From assembly GCA_964016885.1 (NCBI GenBank), contig OZ024740.1:27528001-27592000 (forward strand): a stretch of 64,000 nucleotides of DNA, in the 5' to 3' direction. Below are positions 26,060 to 38,940 of this stretch, piece after piece. The position numbers and the translations under genes were made by a program. The notes below the pieces were generated by a model. That model was not told where the DNA came from. It ran no database searches and was given only the letters and a program-made list of their open reading frames with translations. The number at the start of each line of letters is the position of its first letter. Within the stretch, counting starts at the first letter, position 1. The DNA is from Eledone cirrhosa. Lineage: Eukaryota.

Positions 26060-28700
26060 TAGTGTTAGTAGTGGTAATAGTTTTGATGGTGTTGTTGGAG
26101 GTGTTGGTAGTGTTAGTTGTGGCAATAGTTTTCATGGTGTTGTTGTTGGTGTTGGTAGTGTTAGTAGTGGTAATAGTTTTGATGATATTGTTGGTGTTGG
26201 TAGTGTTAGTAGTGGTAATAGTTTTGATGGTGTTGTTGTTGGTGTTGGTAGTGTTAGTAGTGGTAATAGTTTTGATGGTGTTGTTGTTGGTGTTGGTAGT
26301 GTTAGTAGTGGCAATAGTTTTGATGGTGTTGTTGGTGGTGTTGGTAGTGTTAGTAGTGGTAATAGTTTTGATGGTGTTGTTGGTGGTGTTGGTAGTGTTA
26401 GTAGTGGTAATAGTTTTGATGGTGTTGTTGGTGGTGTTGGTTGTGTTAGTAGTGCTAATAGTGTTGATGGTGTTGTTGGTGGTGTTGGTAGTGTTAGTAG
26501 TGGTAATAGTTTTGATGTTGTTGTTGGTGGTGTTGGTAATGTTAGTAGTGGCAATAGTTTTGATGTTGTTCTTGGTGGTGTTGGTAGTGTTAGTAGTGGT
26601 AATAGTGTTGATGGTGTTGTTGGTGGTGTTGGTAGTGGGAATAGTTTTGATGGTGTTGTTGGTGGTGTTGGTACAGTTAGTAGTGGTAATAGTTTTGATG
26701 GTGTTGGTAGTGTTAGTAGTGGCAATAGTTTTGATTGTGTTGTTGGTAGCGTTGGTAGTTTTAATAGTGGCAATAGTTTTGATGGTGTTGTTGGTGTTGG
26801 TAATGTTAGTAGAGGCAATAGTTTTGATGGTGTTGTTGGTGGTGTTGGTAGTGTTAGTCGTGGCAATAGTTTTGAAGGTGTTGTTGGTGTTGGTAGTGTT
26901 TGTAGTGGTAATAGTTTTGATGGTGTTTTTGGTGTTGGTAGTGTTAGTAGTGGTAATAGTTTTGATGGTGTTTTTGGTGTTGGTAGTGTTAGTAGTGGTA
27001 ATAGTTTTGATGGTGTTTTTGGTGTTGGTAGTGTTAGTAGTGGCAATAGTTTTGATGGTGTTGTTGGTGTTGGTAGTGTTAGTAGTGGTAATAGTTTTGA
27101 TGGTTTTGTTGGTGGCGTTGGTAGTGTTAGTAGTGGTAATAGTTTTGATGGTTTTGTTGGTGGTGTTGGTAGTGTTAGTAGTGGTAATAGTTTTGATGGT
27201 GTTGTTGGTGGTGTTGGTAGTGTTAGTAGTGGTAATAGTTTTGATGGTGTTGTTGGTGGTGTTGGTAGTGTTAGTAGTGGTAATAATTTTGATGGTTTTG
27301 TTGGTGGTGTTGGTAGTGTTAGTAGTGGTAATAGTTTTGATGGTTTTGTTGGTGGTGTTGGTAGTGTTAGTAGTGGTAATAGTTTTGATGGTGTTGTTGG
27401 AGGTGTTGGTAGTGTTAGTTGTGGCAATAGTTTTCATGGTGTTGTTGTTGGTGTTGGTAGTGTTAGTAGTGGTAATAGTTTTGATGATATTGTTGGTGTT
27501 GGTAGTGTTAGTAGTGGTAATAGTTTTGATGGTGTTGTTGTTGGTGTTGGTAGTGTTAGTAGTGGTAATAGTTTTGATGGTGTTGTTGTTGGTGTTGGTA
27601 GTGTTAGTAGTGGCAATAGTTTTGATGGTGTTGTTGGTGGTGTTGGTAGTGTTAGTAGTGGTAATAGTTTTGATGGTGTTGTTGGTGGTGTTGGTAGTGT
27701 TAGTAGTGGTAATAGTTTTGATGGTGTTGTTGGTGGTGTTGGTTGTGTTAGTAGTGCTAATAGTGTTGATGGTGTTGTTGGTGGTGTTGGTAGTGTTAGT
27801 AGTGGTAATAGTTTTGATGTTGTTGTTGGTGGTGTTGGTAATGTTAGTAGTGGCAATAGTTTTGATGTTGTTCTTGGTGGTGTTGGTAGTGTTAGTAGTG
27901 GTAATAGTGTTGATGGTGTTGTTGGTGGTGTTGGTAGTGGGAATAGTTTTGATGGTGTTGTTGGTGGTGTTGGTACAGTTAGTAGTGGTAATAGTTTTGA
28001 TGGTGTTGGTAGTGTTAGTAGTGGCAATAGTTTTGATTGTGTTGTTGGTAGCGTTGGTAGTTTTAATAGTGGCAATAGTTTTGATGGTGTTGTTGGTGTT
28101 GGTAATGTTAGTAGAGGCAATAGTTTTGATGGTGTTGTTGGTGGTGTTGGTAGTGTTAGTCGTGGCAATAGTTTTGAAGGTGTTGTTGGTGTTGGTAGTG
28201 TTTGTAGTGGTAATAGTTTTGATGGTGTTTTTGGTGTTGGTAGTGTTAGTAGTGGTAATAGTTTTGATGGTGTTTTTGGTGTTGGTAGTGTTAGTAGTGG
28301 TAATAGTTTTGATGGTGTTTTTGGTGTTGGTAGTGTTAGTAGTGGCAATAGTTTTGATGGTGTTGTTGGTGTTGGTAGTGTTAGTAGTGGTAATAGTTTT
28401 GATGGTTTTGTTGGTGGCGTTGGTAGTGTTAGTAGTGGTAATAGTTTTGATGGTTTTGTTGGTGGTGTTGGTAGTGTTAGTAGTGGTAATAGTTTTGATG
28501 GTGTTGTTGGTGGTGTTGGTAGTGTTAGTAGTGGTAATAGTTTTGATGGTGTTGTTGGTGGTGTTGGTAGTGTTAGTAGTGGTAATAATTTTGATGGTTT
28601 TGTTGGTGGTGTTGGTAGTGTTAGTAGTGGTAATAGTTTTGATGGTTTTGTTGGTGGTGTTGGTAGTGTTAGTAGTGGTAATAGTTTTGATGGTGTTGTT
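26060..28700. repeat. 1302-bp near-identical tandem duplication of diverged satellite A units
   Basis: Rare marker gtacagtt at 26671 and 27973. The markers agaggc, agcgtt, ggcgtt and gttctt also recur 1302 bp apart. Confidence 0.9.
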
Positions 28701-31700
28701 GGTGTTGGTAGTGTTAGTAGTGGTAATAATTTTGATGGTTTTGTTGGTGGTGTTGGTAGTGTTAGTAGTGGTAATAGTTTTGATGGTTTTGTTGGTGGTG
28801 TTGGTAGTGTTAGTAGTGGTAATAGTGTTGATGGTCTTGTTGGTGGTGTTGGTAGAGTTAGTAGTGGTAATAGTTTTGATGGTATTTTTGGTGTTGGTAG
28901 TGTTAGTAGTGGTAATAGTTTTGATGGTGTTGTTGGTGGTGTTAGTAGTGGTAATAGTTTTGATGGTGTTGTTGGTGGTGTTGGTAGTGTTAGTAGTGGT
29001 AATAGTGTTGATGTTGTTGTTGGTGGTGTTGGTAGTGTTAGTAGTGGTAATAGTGTTGATGGTGTTGTTGGTGTTGTTGGTAGAATTAGTAATGGCAATA
29101 GTTTTGATGGTGTTGTTGGTGGTGTTGGTAGTGTTAGTAGTGGTAATATTGTTGATGGTGTTGTTGGTGGTGTTGATAGTGTTAGTAGTGGTAATAGTGT
29201 TGATGTTGTCGTTGGTTGTGTTGGTAGTGTTAGTAGTGGTAATAGTGTTGATGGTGTTGTTGGTGTTGTTGTTAGAGTTAGTAATGGTAATAGTTTTGAT
29301 GGTGTTGTTGGTGGTGTTGGTAGTGTTAGTAATGGTAATAGTTTTGTTGGTCTTGTTGGTGGTGTTGGTAGTGTTAGTAGTGGTAACAGTTTTGATGGTG
29401 TTGTTGGTGGTGTTGGTAGTGTTAGTCGTGGCAATAGTTTTGAAGGTGTTGTTGGTTTTGGTAGTGTTAGTAGTGGTAATAGTTTTGATGGAGTTGTTGT
29501 TGGTGCTGGTAGTGTTAGTAGTGGCAATAGTTTTGATGATGTTGTTGGTGTTGGTAGTTTTAGTAGTGGTAATAGTTTTGATGGTGTTTTTGGTGTTGGT
29601 AGTGTTGGTAGTGGTAATAGTTTTGATGGTGCTGTTGTTGGTGCTGGTAGTGTTAGTAGTGGTAATAGTTTTGATGGTGTTGTTGGTGGTGTTGGTAGTG
29701 TTAGTAGTGGTAATAATTTTGATGGTTTTGTTGGTGGTGTTGGTAGTGTTAGTAGTGGTAATAGTTTTGATGGTTTTGTTGGTGGTGTTGGTAGTGTTAG
29801 TAGTGGTAATAGTTTTGATGGTGTTGTTGGTGTTGGTAGTGTTAGTAGTGGTAATAGTTTTGATGGTTTTGTTGGTGGTGTTGGTAGTGTTAGTAGTGGT
29901 AATAGTGTTGATGGTGTTGTTGGTGGTGTTGGTAGAGTTAGTAGTGGTAATAGTTTTGATGGTGTTGTTGTTGGTGTTGGTAGTGTTAGTAGTGCTAATA
30001 GTTTTGATGGTGTTGTTGGTGGTGTTGGTAGTGTTAGTAGTGGTAATAGTTTTGATTGTGTTGTTGGTAGCGTTGGTAGTTTTAGTAGTGGCAATAGTTT
30101 TGATGGTGTTGTTGGTGTTGGTAATGTTAGTAGTGGTAATAGATTTGATGGTGTTGTTGTTGGTGCTGGTAGTGTTAGTAGTGGCAATAGTTTTGATGAC
30201 GTTGTTGGTGTTGGTAGTTTTAGTAGTGGTAATAGTTTTGATGGTGTTTTTGGTGTTGGTAGTGTTAGTAGTGGTAATAGTTTTGATGGTGTTGTTGGTG
30301 ATGGTAGTGTTAGTAGTGGTAATAGTTTTGATGGTGTTGTTGGTGGTGTTAGTAGTGGTAATAGTTTTGATGGTGTTGTTGGTGGTGTTGGTAGTGTTAG
30401 TAGTGGTAATAGTGTTGATGTTGTTGTTGGTGGTGTTGGTATTGTTAGTAGTGGTAATAGTGTTGATGGTGTTGTTGGTGGTGTTGGTAGAATTAGTAAT
30501 GGCAATAGTTTTGATGGTGTTGTTGGTGGTGTTGGTAGTGTTAGTAGTGGTAATATTGTTGATGGTGTTGTTGGTGGTGTTGGTAGTGTTAGTAGTGGTA
30601 ATAGTGTTGATGTTGTCGTTGGTGGTGTTGGTAGTGTTAGTAGTGGTAATAGTGTTGATGGTGTTGTTGGTGGTGTTGTTAGAGTTAGTAATGGTAATAG
30701 CTTTGATGGTGTTGTTGGTGGTGTTGGTAGTGTTAGTCGTGGTAATAGTTTTGATGGTGTTGTTGGTGGTGTTGGTAGTGTTAGTAATGGTAATAGTTTT
30801 GTTGGTCTTGTTGGTGGTGTTGGTACTGTTAGTAGTGGTAACAGTTTTGATAGTGTTGTTGGTGGTGTTGGTAGTGTTAGTCGTGGCAATAGTTTTGAAG
30901 GTGTTGTTGGTGTTGGTAGTGTTAGTAGTGGTAATAGTTTTGATGGAGTTGTTGTTGGTGCTGGTAGTGTTAGTAGTGGCAATAGTTTTGATGATGTTGT
31001 TGGTGTTGGTAGTTTTAGTAGTGGTAACAGTTTTGATGGTGTTTTTGGTGTTGGTAGTGTTGGTAGTGGTAATAGTTTTGATGGTGTTGTTGTTGGTGCT
31101 GGTAGTGTTAGTAGTGGTAATAGTTTTGATGGTGTTGTTGTTGGTGCTGGTAGTGTTAGTAGTTGAAACAGTTTTGATGATGTTGTTGGTGTTGGTAGTT
31201 TTAGTAGTGGTAATAGTTTTGATGGTGTTTTTGGTGTTGGTAGTGTTAGTAGTGGTAATAGTTTTGAAGGTGTTGTTGGTGTTGGTAGTTTTAGTAGTGG
31301 TAATAGTTTTGATGGTGTTGTTGGAGTTGGTAGTGTTAGTAGTGGTAATAGTTTTGATGGTGTTGTTTGTGTTGATGGTGTTAGTAGTGGTAATAGTTTT
31401 GATGGTGTTGTTGGTGCTGTTAGTAGTGGTAATAGTTTTGATGGTATTGTTGGTGCTGTTAGTGTTAGTAGTGGTAATAGTTTTGATGGAGTTGGTGTTG
31501 GTAGTGTTAGTTGTGGTAATAGTTTTGATGGTGTTGTTGGTGTTGGTAATGTTAGTAGTGGTAATAGTTTTGATGGTGTTGTTGGTGTTGTTGGTAGAGT
31601 TAGTAGTGGCAAAAGCTTTGATGGAGTTGTTGGTGGTGTTGGTAGTGTTAGTTGTGGTAATAGTTTTGATGGTGTTGTTGTTGGTGTTGGTAGTGTTAGT

Positions 31701-32439
31701 TGTGGTAATAGTTTTGATGGTGTTGTTGGTGTTGGTAGTGTTAGTAGTGGTAATAGTTTTGATGGTGTTGTTACTGTTGGTACTTTTAGTAGTGGCAATA
31801 GTTTTGATTGTGTTGATGATGGTGTTGTTAGTGATAGTAGTGGCAATAGTTTTGATTGTGTTGATGATGGTGTTGTTAGTGTTAGTAGTGGGAATAGTTT
31901 TTAAGGTGTTGTTGGTGTTGGTAGTGTTAGTAGTGGTAATAGTTTTGATGTGGTTGGTGTTGGTAGGGTTAGTAGTGGTAATAGTTTTGAAGGTGTTGTT
32001 GGTGTTGGTACTTTTAGTAGTGGTAATAGTTTTGATGGTGTTGTTGTAGTTGGTAGTGATAGTAGTGGTAATAGTTTTGATGGCGTTGTTGGTGGTGTTG
32101 GTAGTGTTAGTAGTGGCAATAGTTTTGATGGTGTTGTTGCTGTTGGTAGTTTTAGTAGTGGTAATAGTTTTGATGGTGGTGTTGGTAGTGTTAGTGGTTG
32201 TAATAGTTTTGATTGTGGTGTTGGTAGCATTAGTAGTGGTAATAGTTTTGATGGTGTTGTTTGTGGTGTTGGTAGTGTTAGTAGTGTTAATAGTTTTGAT
32301 GGTGTTATTGGTGTTGGTAGTTTTAGTAGTGGTAATAGTTTTGATGGTGTTGTTGGTGTTGGTAGTGGGAGTAGTGGTAATAGTTTAAATGGTGTTGTTG
32401 GTGTTGGTAGTGTTAGTAGTGGTAATAGTTTTGATGGTG

Positions 32440-35040
32440 TTGGTAGAGTTAGTAGTGGTAATAGGTTTGATGGTGTTGTTGGTGGTGTTGGTTGTGTTAG
32501 TAGTGGTAATAGCTTTGATGGTGTTGTTAGTGGTGTTGGTAGAGTTAGTAGTGTCAATAGTTTTGATGGTGTTGTTGGTGATGTTGGTAGAGTTAGTAGT
32601 GGTAATAGTTTTGATGGTGTTGTTGGTGGTGTTGGTAGAGTTAGTAGTGGTAATAGTTTTGAAGATATTGGTGGTGGTGTTGGTAGTGTTAGTAGTGTTA
32701 ATAGTTTTGAAGATATTGGTGGTGGTGTTGGTAGTGTTAGTAGTGGTAATAGTTTTGATGATGTTTATGGTGGTGTTGGTAGAGTTAGTAGTGGTAATAG
32801 TTTTAATGGTGTTGTTGGTGTTGGTAGTGTTAGTAGTGGTAATAGTTTTGAAGATATTGGTGGTGGTGTTGGTAGTGTTAGTAGTGGTAATAGTTTTGAT
32901 GATGTTGATGGTGGTGTTAATAGTGGTAGTAGTGGTAATAGTTTTAATGGTGTTGTTGGTGTTGGTAGTGTTAGTAGTGGTAATAGTTTTAATGGTGTTG
33001 TTGGTGTTGGTAGTGTTAGTAGTGGTAATATCTTGATGGTGTTGTTGGAGGTGTTGGTAGTGTTAGTAGTGGTAATAGTTTTGATGGTGTTGTTGGTGAT
33101 GTTGGGAGTGGTAGTAGTGTTAAAAGTGTTGATGTTGTTGTTGGTGGTGTTGGTAGTGTTAGTTGTGTTAATAGTTTTGATGGTGTTGTTGGTGATGTTG
33201 AGAGCGGTAGTAGTGTTAAAAGTGTTGATGTTGTTGTTGGTGGTGTTGGTAGTGTTAGTTGTGTTAATAGTTTTGATGGTGTGGTTGGTGATGTTGGGAG
33301 TGGTAGTAGTGTTAAAAGTGTTGATGTTGTTGTTGGTGGTGTTGGTAGTGTTAGTAGTGGTAATAGTTTTGATGGTGTTGTTGGTGATGTTGGGTGTGGT
33401 AGTATTGTTAAAAGTGTTGATGTTGTTGTTGGTGGTGTTGGTAGTGTTAGTTGTGTTAATAGTTTTGATGGTGTTGTTGGTGTTGGTAGATTTAGTAGTG
33501 GTAATAGTTTTGATGGTGTTGTTTGTGGTGTTGGTAGAGTTAGTAGTAGTAATAATTTTGATGGTGTTGTTGGTGGTGTTGTTAGTGTAAGTAGTGTTAA
33601 TAGTTTTGATGGTGTTGTTGGTGTTGGTAGTGTTAGTAGTGGTAATAGTTTTGATGGTGTTGTTTGTGGTGTTGGTAGTGTAAGTAGTGTTAATAGTTTT
33701 GATGGTGTTGATGGTGGTGTTGTTAGAGTTAGTAGTGGTAATAGTTTTGATGGTGTTGTTGGTGTTGTTGGTAGAGTTAGTAGTGGTAATAGGTTTGATG
33801 GTGTTGTTGGTGGTGTTGGTTGTGTTAGTAGTGGTAATAGTTTTGATGGTGTTGTTAGTGGTGTTGGTAGAGTTAGTAGTGTTAATAGTTTTGATGGTGT
33901 TGTTGGTGGTGTTGGTAGAGTTAGTAGTGGTAATAGTTTTGATGGTGTTGTTGGTGGTGTTGGTAGAGTTAGTAGTGGTAATAGTTTTGAAGATATTGGT
34001 GGTGGTGTTGGTAGTGTTAGTAGTGTTAATAGTTTTGAAGATATTGGTGGTGGTGTTGGTAGAGTTAGTAGTGGTAATAGTTTTAATGGTGTTGTTGGTG
34101 TTGGTAGTGTTAGTAGTGGTAATAGTTTTGAAGATATTGGTGGTGGTGTTGGTAGTGTTAGTAGTGGTAATAGTTTTGATGATGTTGATGGTGGTGTTAA
34201 TAGTGGTAGTAGTGGTAATAGTTTTAATGGTGTTGTTGGTGTTGGTAGTGTTAGTAGTGGTAATAGTTTTAATGGTGTTGTTGGTGTTGGTAGTGTTAGT
34301 AGTGGTAATATCTTGATGGTGTTGTTGGAGGTGTTGGTAGTGTTAGTAGTGGTAATAGTTTTGATGGTGTTGTTGGTGATGTTGGGAGTGGTAGTAGTGT
34401 TAAAAGTGTTGATGTTGTTGTTGGTGGTGTTGGTAGTGTTAGTTGTGTTAATAGTTTTGATGGTGTTGTTGGTGATGTTGAGAGCGGTAGTAGTGTTAAA
34501 AGTGTTGATGTTGTTGTTGGTGGTGTTGGTAGTGTTAGTTGTGTTAATAGTTTTGATGGTGTGGTTGGTGATGTTGGGAGTGGTAGTAGTGTTAAAAGTG
34601 TTGATGTTGTTGTTGGTGGTGTTGGTAGTGTTAGTAGTGGTAATAGTTTTGATGGTGTTGTTGGTGATGTTGGGAGTGGTAGTATTGTTAAAAGTGTTGA
34701 TGTTGTTGTTGGTGGTGTTGGTAGTGTTAGTTGTGTTAATAGTTTTGATGGTGTTGTTGGTGTTGGTAGATTTAGTAGTGGTAATAGTTTTGATGGTGTT
34801 GTTTGTGGTGTTGGTAGAGTTAGTAGTAGTAATAATTTTGATGGTGTTGTTGGTGGTGTTGTTAGTGTAAGTAGTGTTAATAGTTTTGATGGTGTTGTTG
34901 GTGTTGGTAGTGTTAGTAGTGGTAATAGTTTTGATGGTGTTGTTTGTGGTGTTGGTAGTGTAAGTAGTGTTAATAGTTTTGATGGTGTTGATGGTGGTGT
35001 TGTTAGAGTTAGTAGTGGTAATAGTTTTGATGGTGTTGTT
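32440..35040. repeat. About 1.3-kb tandem duplication (offset 1328 then 1280 bp) containing a 96-bp dimeric sub-repeat
   Basis: aggtttgat at 32463 and 33791. The -1 variant aatatcttgat at 33027 and 34307. aaaagtgttgat at 33122, 33218, 33314, 33410 and again in the second copy. Confidence 0.9.
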
Positions 35041-35679
35041 GGTGGTGTTGGTAGAGTTAGTAGTGGGAATAGTTTTGATGGTGTTGTTGGTGGTGTTGGA
35101 AGTGTTAGTAGTGGTAATAGTTTTGATGGTGTTGTTGGTGGTGTTGGTAGTGTTAGTAGTGGTAATAGTTTTGATGGTGTTGTTGGAGGTGTTGGTAGTG
35201 TTAGTAGTGGTAATAGTTTTAATGGTATTATTGGTGGTGTTGGTAGAGTTAGTAGTGGGAATAGTTTTGCTGGTGTTGTTGGTGTTGGTAGTGTTAGTAG
35301 TGGTAATAGTTTTGATGGAGTTGTTGGTGTTGGTAGTGTTAGTAGTGGTAATAGTTTTGTTGGTGTTGTTGGTGTTGGTAGTTTTAGTAGTGGTAATAGT
35401 TTTGATGGTGTTGTTGGTGGTGTTGGTAGTGTTAGTAGTGGTAATAGTTTTGATGGTGTTGTTGGTGGTGTTGGTAGTGTTAGTAGTGGTAATAGTTTTG
35501 ATGGTGTTGTTGGTGTTGGTAGTGTTAGTAGTGTTATTAGTTTTGATGGTGTTGTTGGTGGTGGTGGTAGAGTTAGTAGTGATAATAGTTTTGATGGTGT
35601 TGTTGGTGTTGGTAGTGTTAGTAGTGTTATTAGTTTTGATGGTGTTGTTGGTGTTGGTAGTGTTAGTAGTGGTATTAGT

Positions 35680-38600
35680 TTTGATGGCGGTGTTGGTGTT
35701 GGTAGTGTTAGTAGTGGGAATAGTTTTGATGGTGTTGTTGGTGGTGTTGTTAGTTTTAGTAGTGGTAATAGTTTTGATGGTGTTGTTGGTGGTGTTGTTA
35801 GTTTTAGTAGTGGTAATAGTTTTGATGGTGTTGTTGGTGTTGGTATTGTTAGTAGTGGTAATAGTTTTGATGGTGTTGTTGGTGGTGTTGGTAGAATTAG
35901 TAGTGGTAATAGTTTTGATGATGTTGATGTTGGTGTAGGTAGTTTTAGTAGTGGTAATAGTTTTGATGGTGTTGTTAGTGGTGTTGGTAGAGTTAGTAGT
36001 GTTAATAGTTTTGATGGTGTTGCTGGTGGTATTGGTAGAGTTAGTAGTTGTAATAGTTTTGATGGTGATGTTGGTAGTGTTGGTGGTGTTGGTAGTGTTA
36101 ATAGTTTTGATGGTCTTGTTGGTGGTGTTGGTAGTGTTAGTAGTTGTAATAGTTTTTATGGTGTTGATGGTGTTGGTAGTGTTAGTAGTGGTAATAGTTT
36201 TGATGGCCTTCTTGGTGGTGTTGGTAGTGTTAGTAGTGGTAATAGTTTTGATGGTCTTGTTGGTGGTGTTGGTAGTGTTAGTAGTGGTAATAGTTTTGAT
36301 GGTCTTGTTGGTGGTGTTGGTAGTGTTAGTAGTTGTAATAGTTTTTATGGTGTTGTTGGTGTTGGTAGTGTTAGTAGTGGTAATAGATTTGATGGTCTTA
36401 GTTGGTGATGTTGGTAGTGTTAGTAGTGGTAATATTTTTGATGGTCTTGTTGGTGGTGTTGGTAGTGTTAGTAGTTGTAATAGTTTTTATGGTGTTGTTG
36501 GTGTTGGTAGTGTTAGTAGTGGTAATAGTTTTGATGGTCTTGTTGGTGGTGTTGGTAGTATTAGTAGTTGGAATAGTTGTTATGGTGTTGTTGGTGTTGG
36601 TAGTGTTAGTAGTGGTAATAGTTTTGATGGTCTTGTTGGTGGTGTTGGTAGTGTTAGTAGTTGTAATAGTTTTTATGGTGTTGTTGGTGTTGGTAGTGTT
36701 AGTAGTGGTAATAGTTTTGATGGTCTTGTTGGTGGTGTTGGTAGTGTTAGTAGTTGTAATAGTTTTTATGGTGTTGTTGGTGTTGGTAGTGTTAGTAGTG
36801 GTAATAGTTTTGATGGCGGTGTTGGTGTTGGTAGTGTTAGTAGTGGGAATAGTTTTGATGGTGTAGTTGGTGGTTTTGGTAGAGTTAGTAGTGGTAATAG
36901 TTTTGATGGTGTTGTTGGTGGTGTTGTTAGTTTTAGTAGTGGTAATAGTTTTGATGGTGTTGTTGGTGTTGGTATTGTTAGTAGTGGTAATAGTTTTGAT
37001 GGTGTTGTTGGTGGTGTTGGTAGAATTAGTAGTGGTAATAGTTTTGATGATGTTGATGTTGGTGTAGGTAGTGTTAGTAGTGGTAATAGTTTTGATGGTG
37101 TTGTTAGTGGTGTTGGTAGAGTTAGTAGTGTTAATAGTTTTGATGGTGTTGCTGGTGGTATTGGTAGAGTTAGTAGTTGTAATAGTTTTGATGGTGATGT
37201 TGGTAGTGTTGGTGGTGTTGGTAGTGTTAATAGTTTTGATGGTCTTGTTGGTGGTGTTGGTAGTGTTAGTAGTTGTAATAGTTTTTATGGTGTTGATGGT
37301 GTTGGTAGTGTTAGTAGTGGTAATAGTTTTGATGGTCTTGTTGGTGGTGTTGGTAGTGTTAGTAGTGGTAATAGTTTTGATGGTCTTGTTGGTGGTGTTG
37401 GTAGTGTTAGTAGTTGTAATATTTTTTATGGTGTTGTTGGTGTTGGTAGTGTTAGTAGTGGTAATAGTTTTGATGGCGGTGTTGGTGTTGGTAGTGTTAG
37501 TAGTGGGAATAGTTTTGATGGTGTAGTTGGTGGTTTTGGTAGAGTTAGTAGTGGTAATAGTTTTGATGGTGTTGTTGGTGGTGTTGTTAGTTTTAGTAGT
37601 GGTAATAGTTTTGATGGTGTTGTTGGTGTTGGTATTGTTAGTAGTGGTAATAGTTTTGATGGTGTTGTTGGTGGTGTTGGTAGAATTAGTAGTGGTAATA
37701 GTTTTGATGATGTTGATGTTGGTGTAGGTAGTGTTAATAGTGGTAATAGTTTTGATGGTGTTGTTAGTGGTGTTGGTAGAGTTAGTAGTGTTAATAGTTT
37801 TGATGGTGTTGCTGGTGGTATTGGTAGAGTTAGTAGTTGTAATAGTTCTGATGGTGATGTTGGTAGTGTTGGTGGTGTTGGTAGTGTTAATAGTTTTGAT
37901 GGTCTTGTTGGTGGTGTTGGTAGTGTTAGTAGTTGTAATAGTTTTTATGGTGTTGATGGTGTTGGTAGTGTTAGTAGTGGTAATAGTTTTGATGGTCTTG
38001 TTGGTGGTGTTGGTAGTGTTAGTAGTGGTAATAGTTTTGATGGTCTTGTTGGTGGTGTTGGTAGTGTTAGTAGTGGTAATAGTTTTGATGGTCTTGTTGG
38101 TGGTGTTGGTAGTGTTAGTAGTTGTAATAGTTTTTATGGTGTTGTTGGTGTTGGTAGTGTTAGTAGTGGTAATAGATTTGATGGTCTTGTTGGTGGTGTT
38201 GGTAGTGTTAGTAGTGGTAATAGTTTTGATGGTCTTGTTGGTGGTGTTGGTAGTGTTAGTAGTTGTAATAGTTTTGATGGTGTTGTTGGTGTTGGTAGTG
38301 TTAGTAGTGGTAATAGTTTTGATGGTCTTGTTGGTGGTGTTGGTAGTATTAGTAGTTGGAATAGTTTTTTATGGTGTTGTTGGTGTTGGTAGTGTTAGTA
38401 GTGGTAATAGTTTTGATGGTCTTGTTGGTGGTGTTGGTAGTGTTAGTAGTTGTAATAGTTTTTATGGTGTTGTTGGTGTTGGTAGTGTTAGTAGTGGTAA
38501 TAGTTTTGATGGTCTTGTTGGTGGTGTTGGTAGTGTTAGTAGTTGTAATAGTTTTTATGGTGTTGTTGGTGTTGGTAGTGTTAGTAGTGGTAATAGTTTT

Positions 38601-38680
38601 GATGGTCTTGTTGGTGGTGTTGGTAGTGTTAGTAGTTGTAATAGTTTTTATGGTGTTGTTGGTGTTGGTAGTGTTAGTAG
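35680..38680. repeat. Satellite A subfamily with a 93-bp dimer (48+45) and a 660-bp tandem duplication
   Basis: gtagaattag at 35891, 37020, 37680. tttatgg at 38461, 38554, 38647 (93-bp spacing). The ggtctt variant dominates this zone and is rare elsewhere. Confidence 0.85.
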
Positions 38681-38940
38681 TGTTAATAGTTTTGATGGTG
38701 TTGTTGGTAGTGTTGGTGGTGTTGGTAGTGTTAGTAGTGGTAATAGTTTTGATGGTGTTGTTGGTGTTGGTATTGTTAGTAGTGGTAATAGGTTTGATGG
38801 TGTTGTTGGTGGTGTTGGTAGAGTTAGTTGTGGTAATAGTTTTGATGATGTTGATGGTGGTGTTGGTAGTGTTAGTAGTGGTAATAGTTTTGATGATGTT
38901 GATGGTGGTGTTGGTAGTGTTTGTAGTGGTAATAGTTTTG

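Noticed and set aside
561-32557. Many short Pro/Thr/Leu-rich ORFs (MPQLTLPT...) on the minus strand
   Set aside because: They are alternative frames of the same repeat, delimited by the GGCAA and TCATG variants, and are not independent genes.
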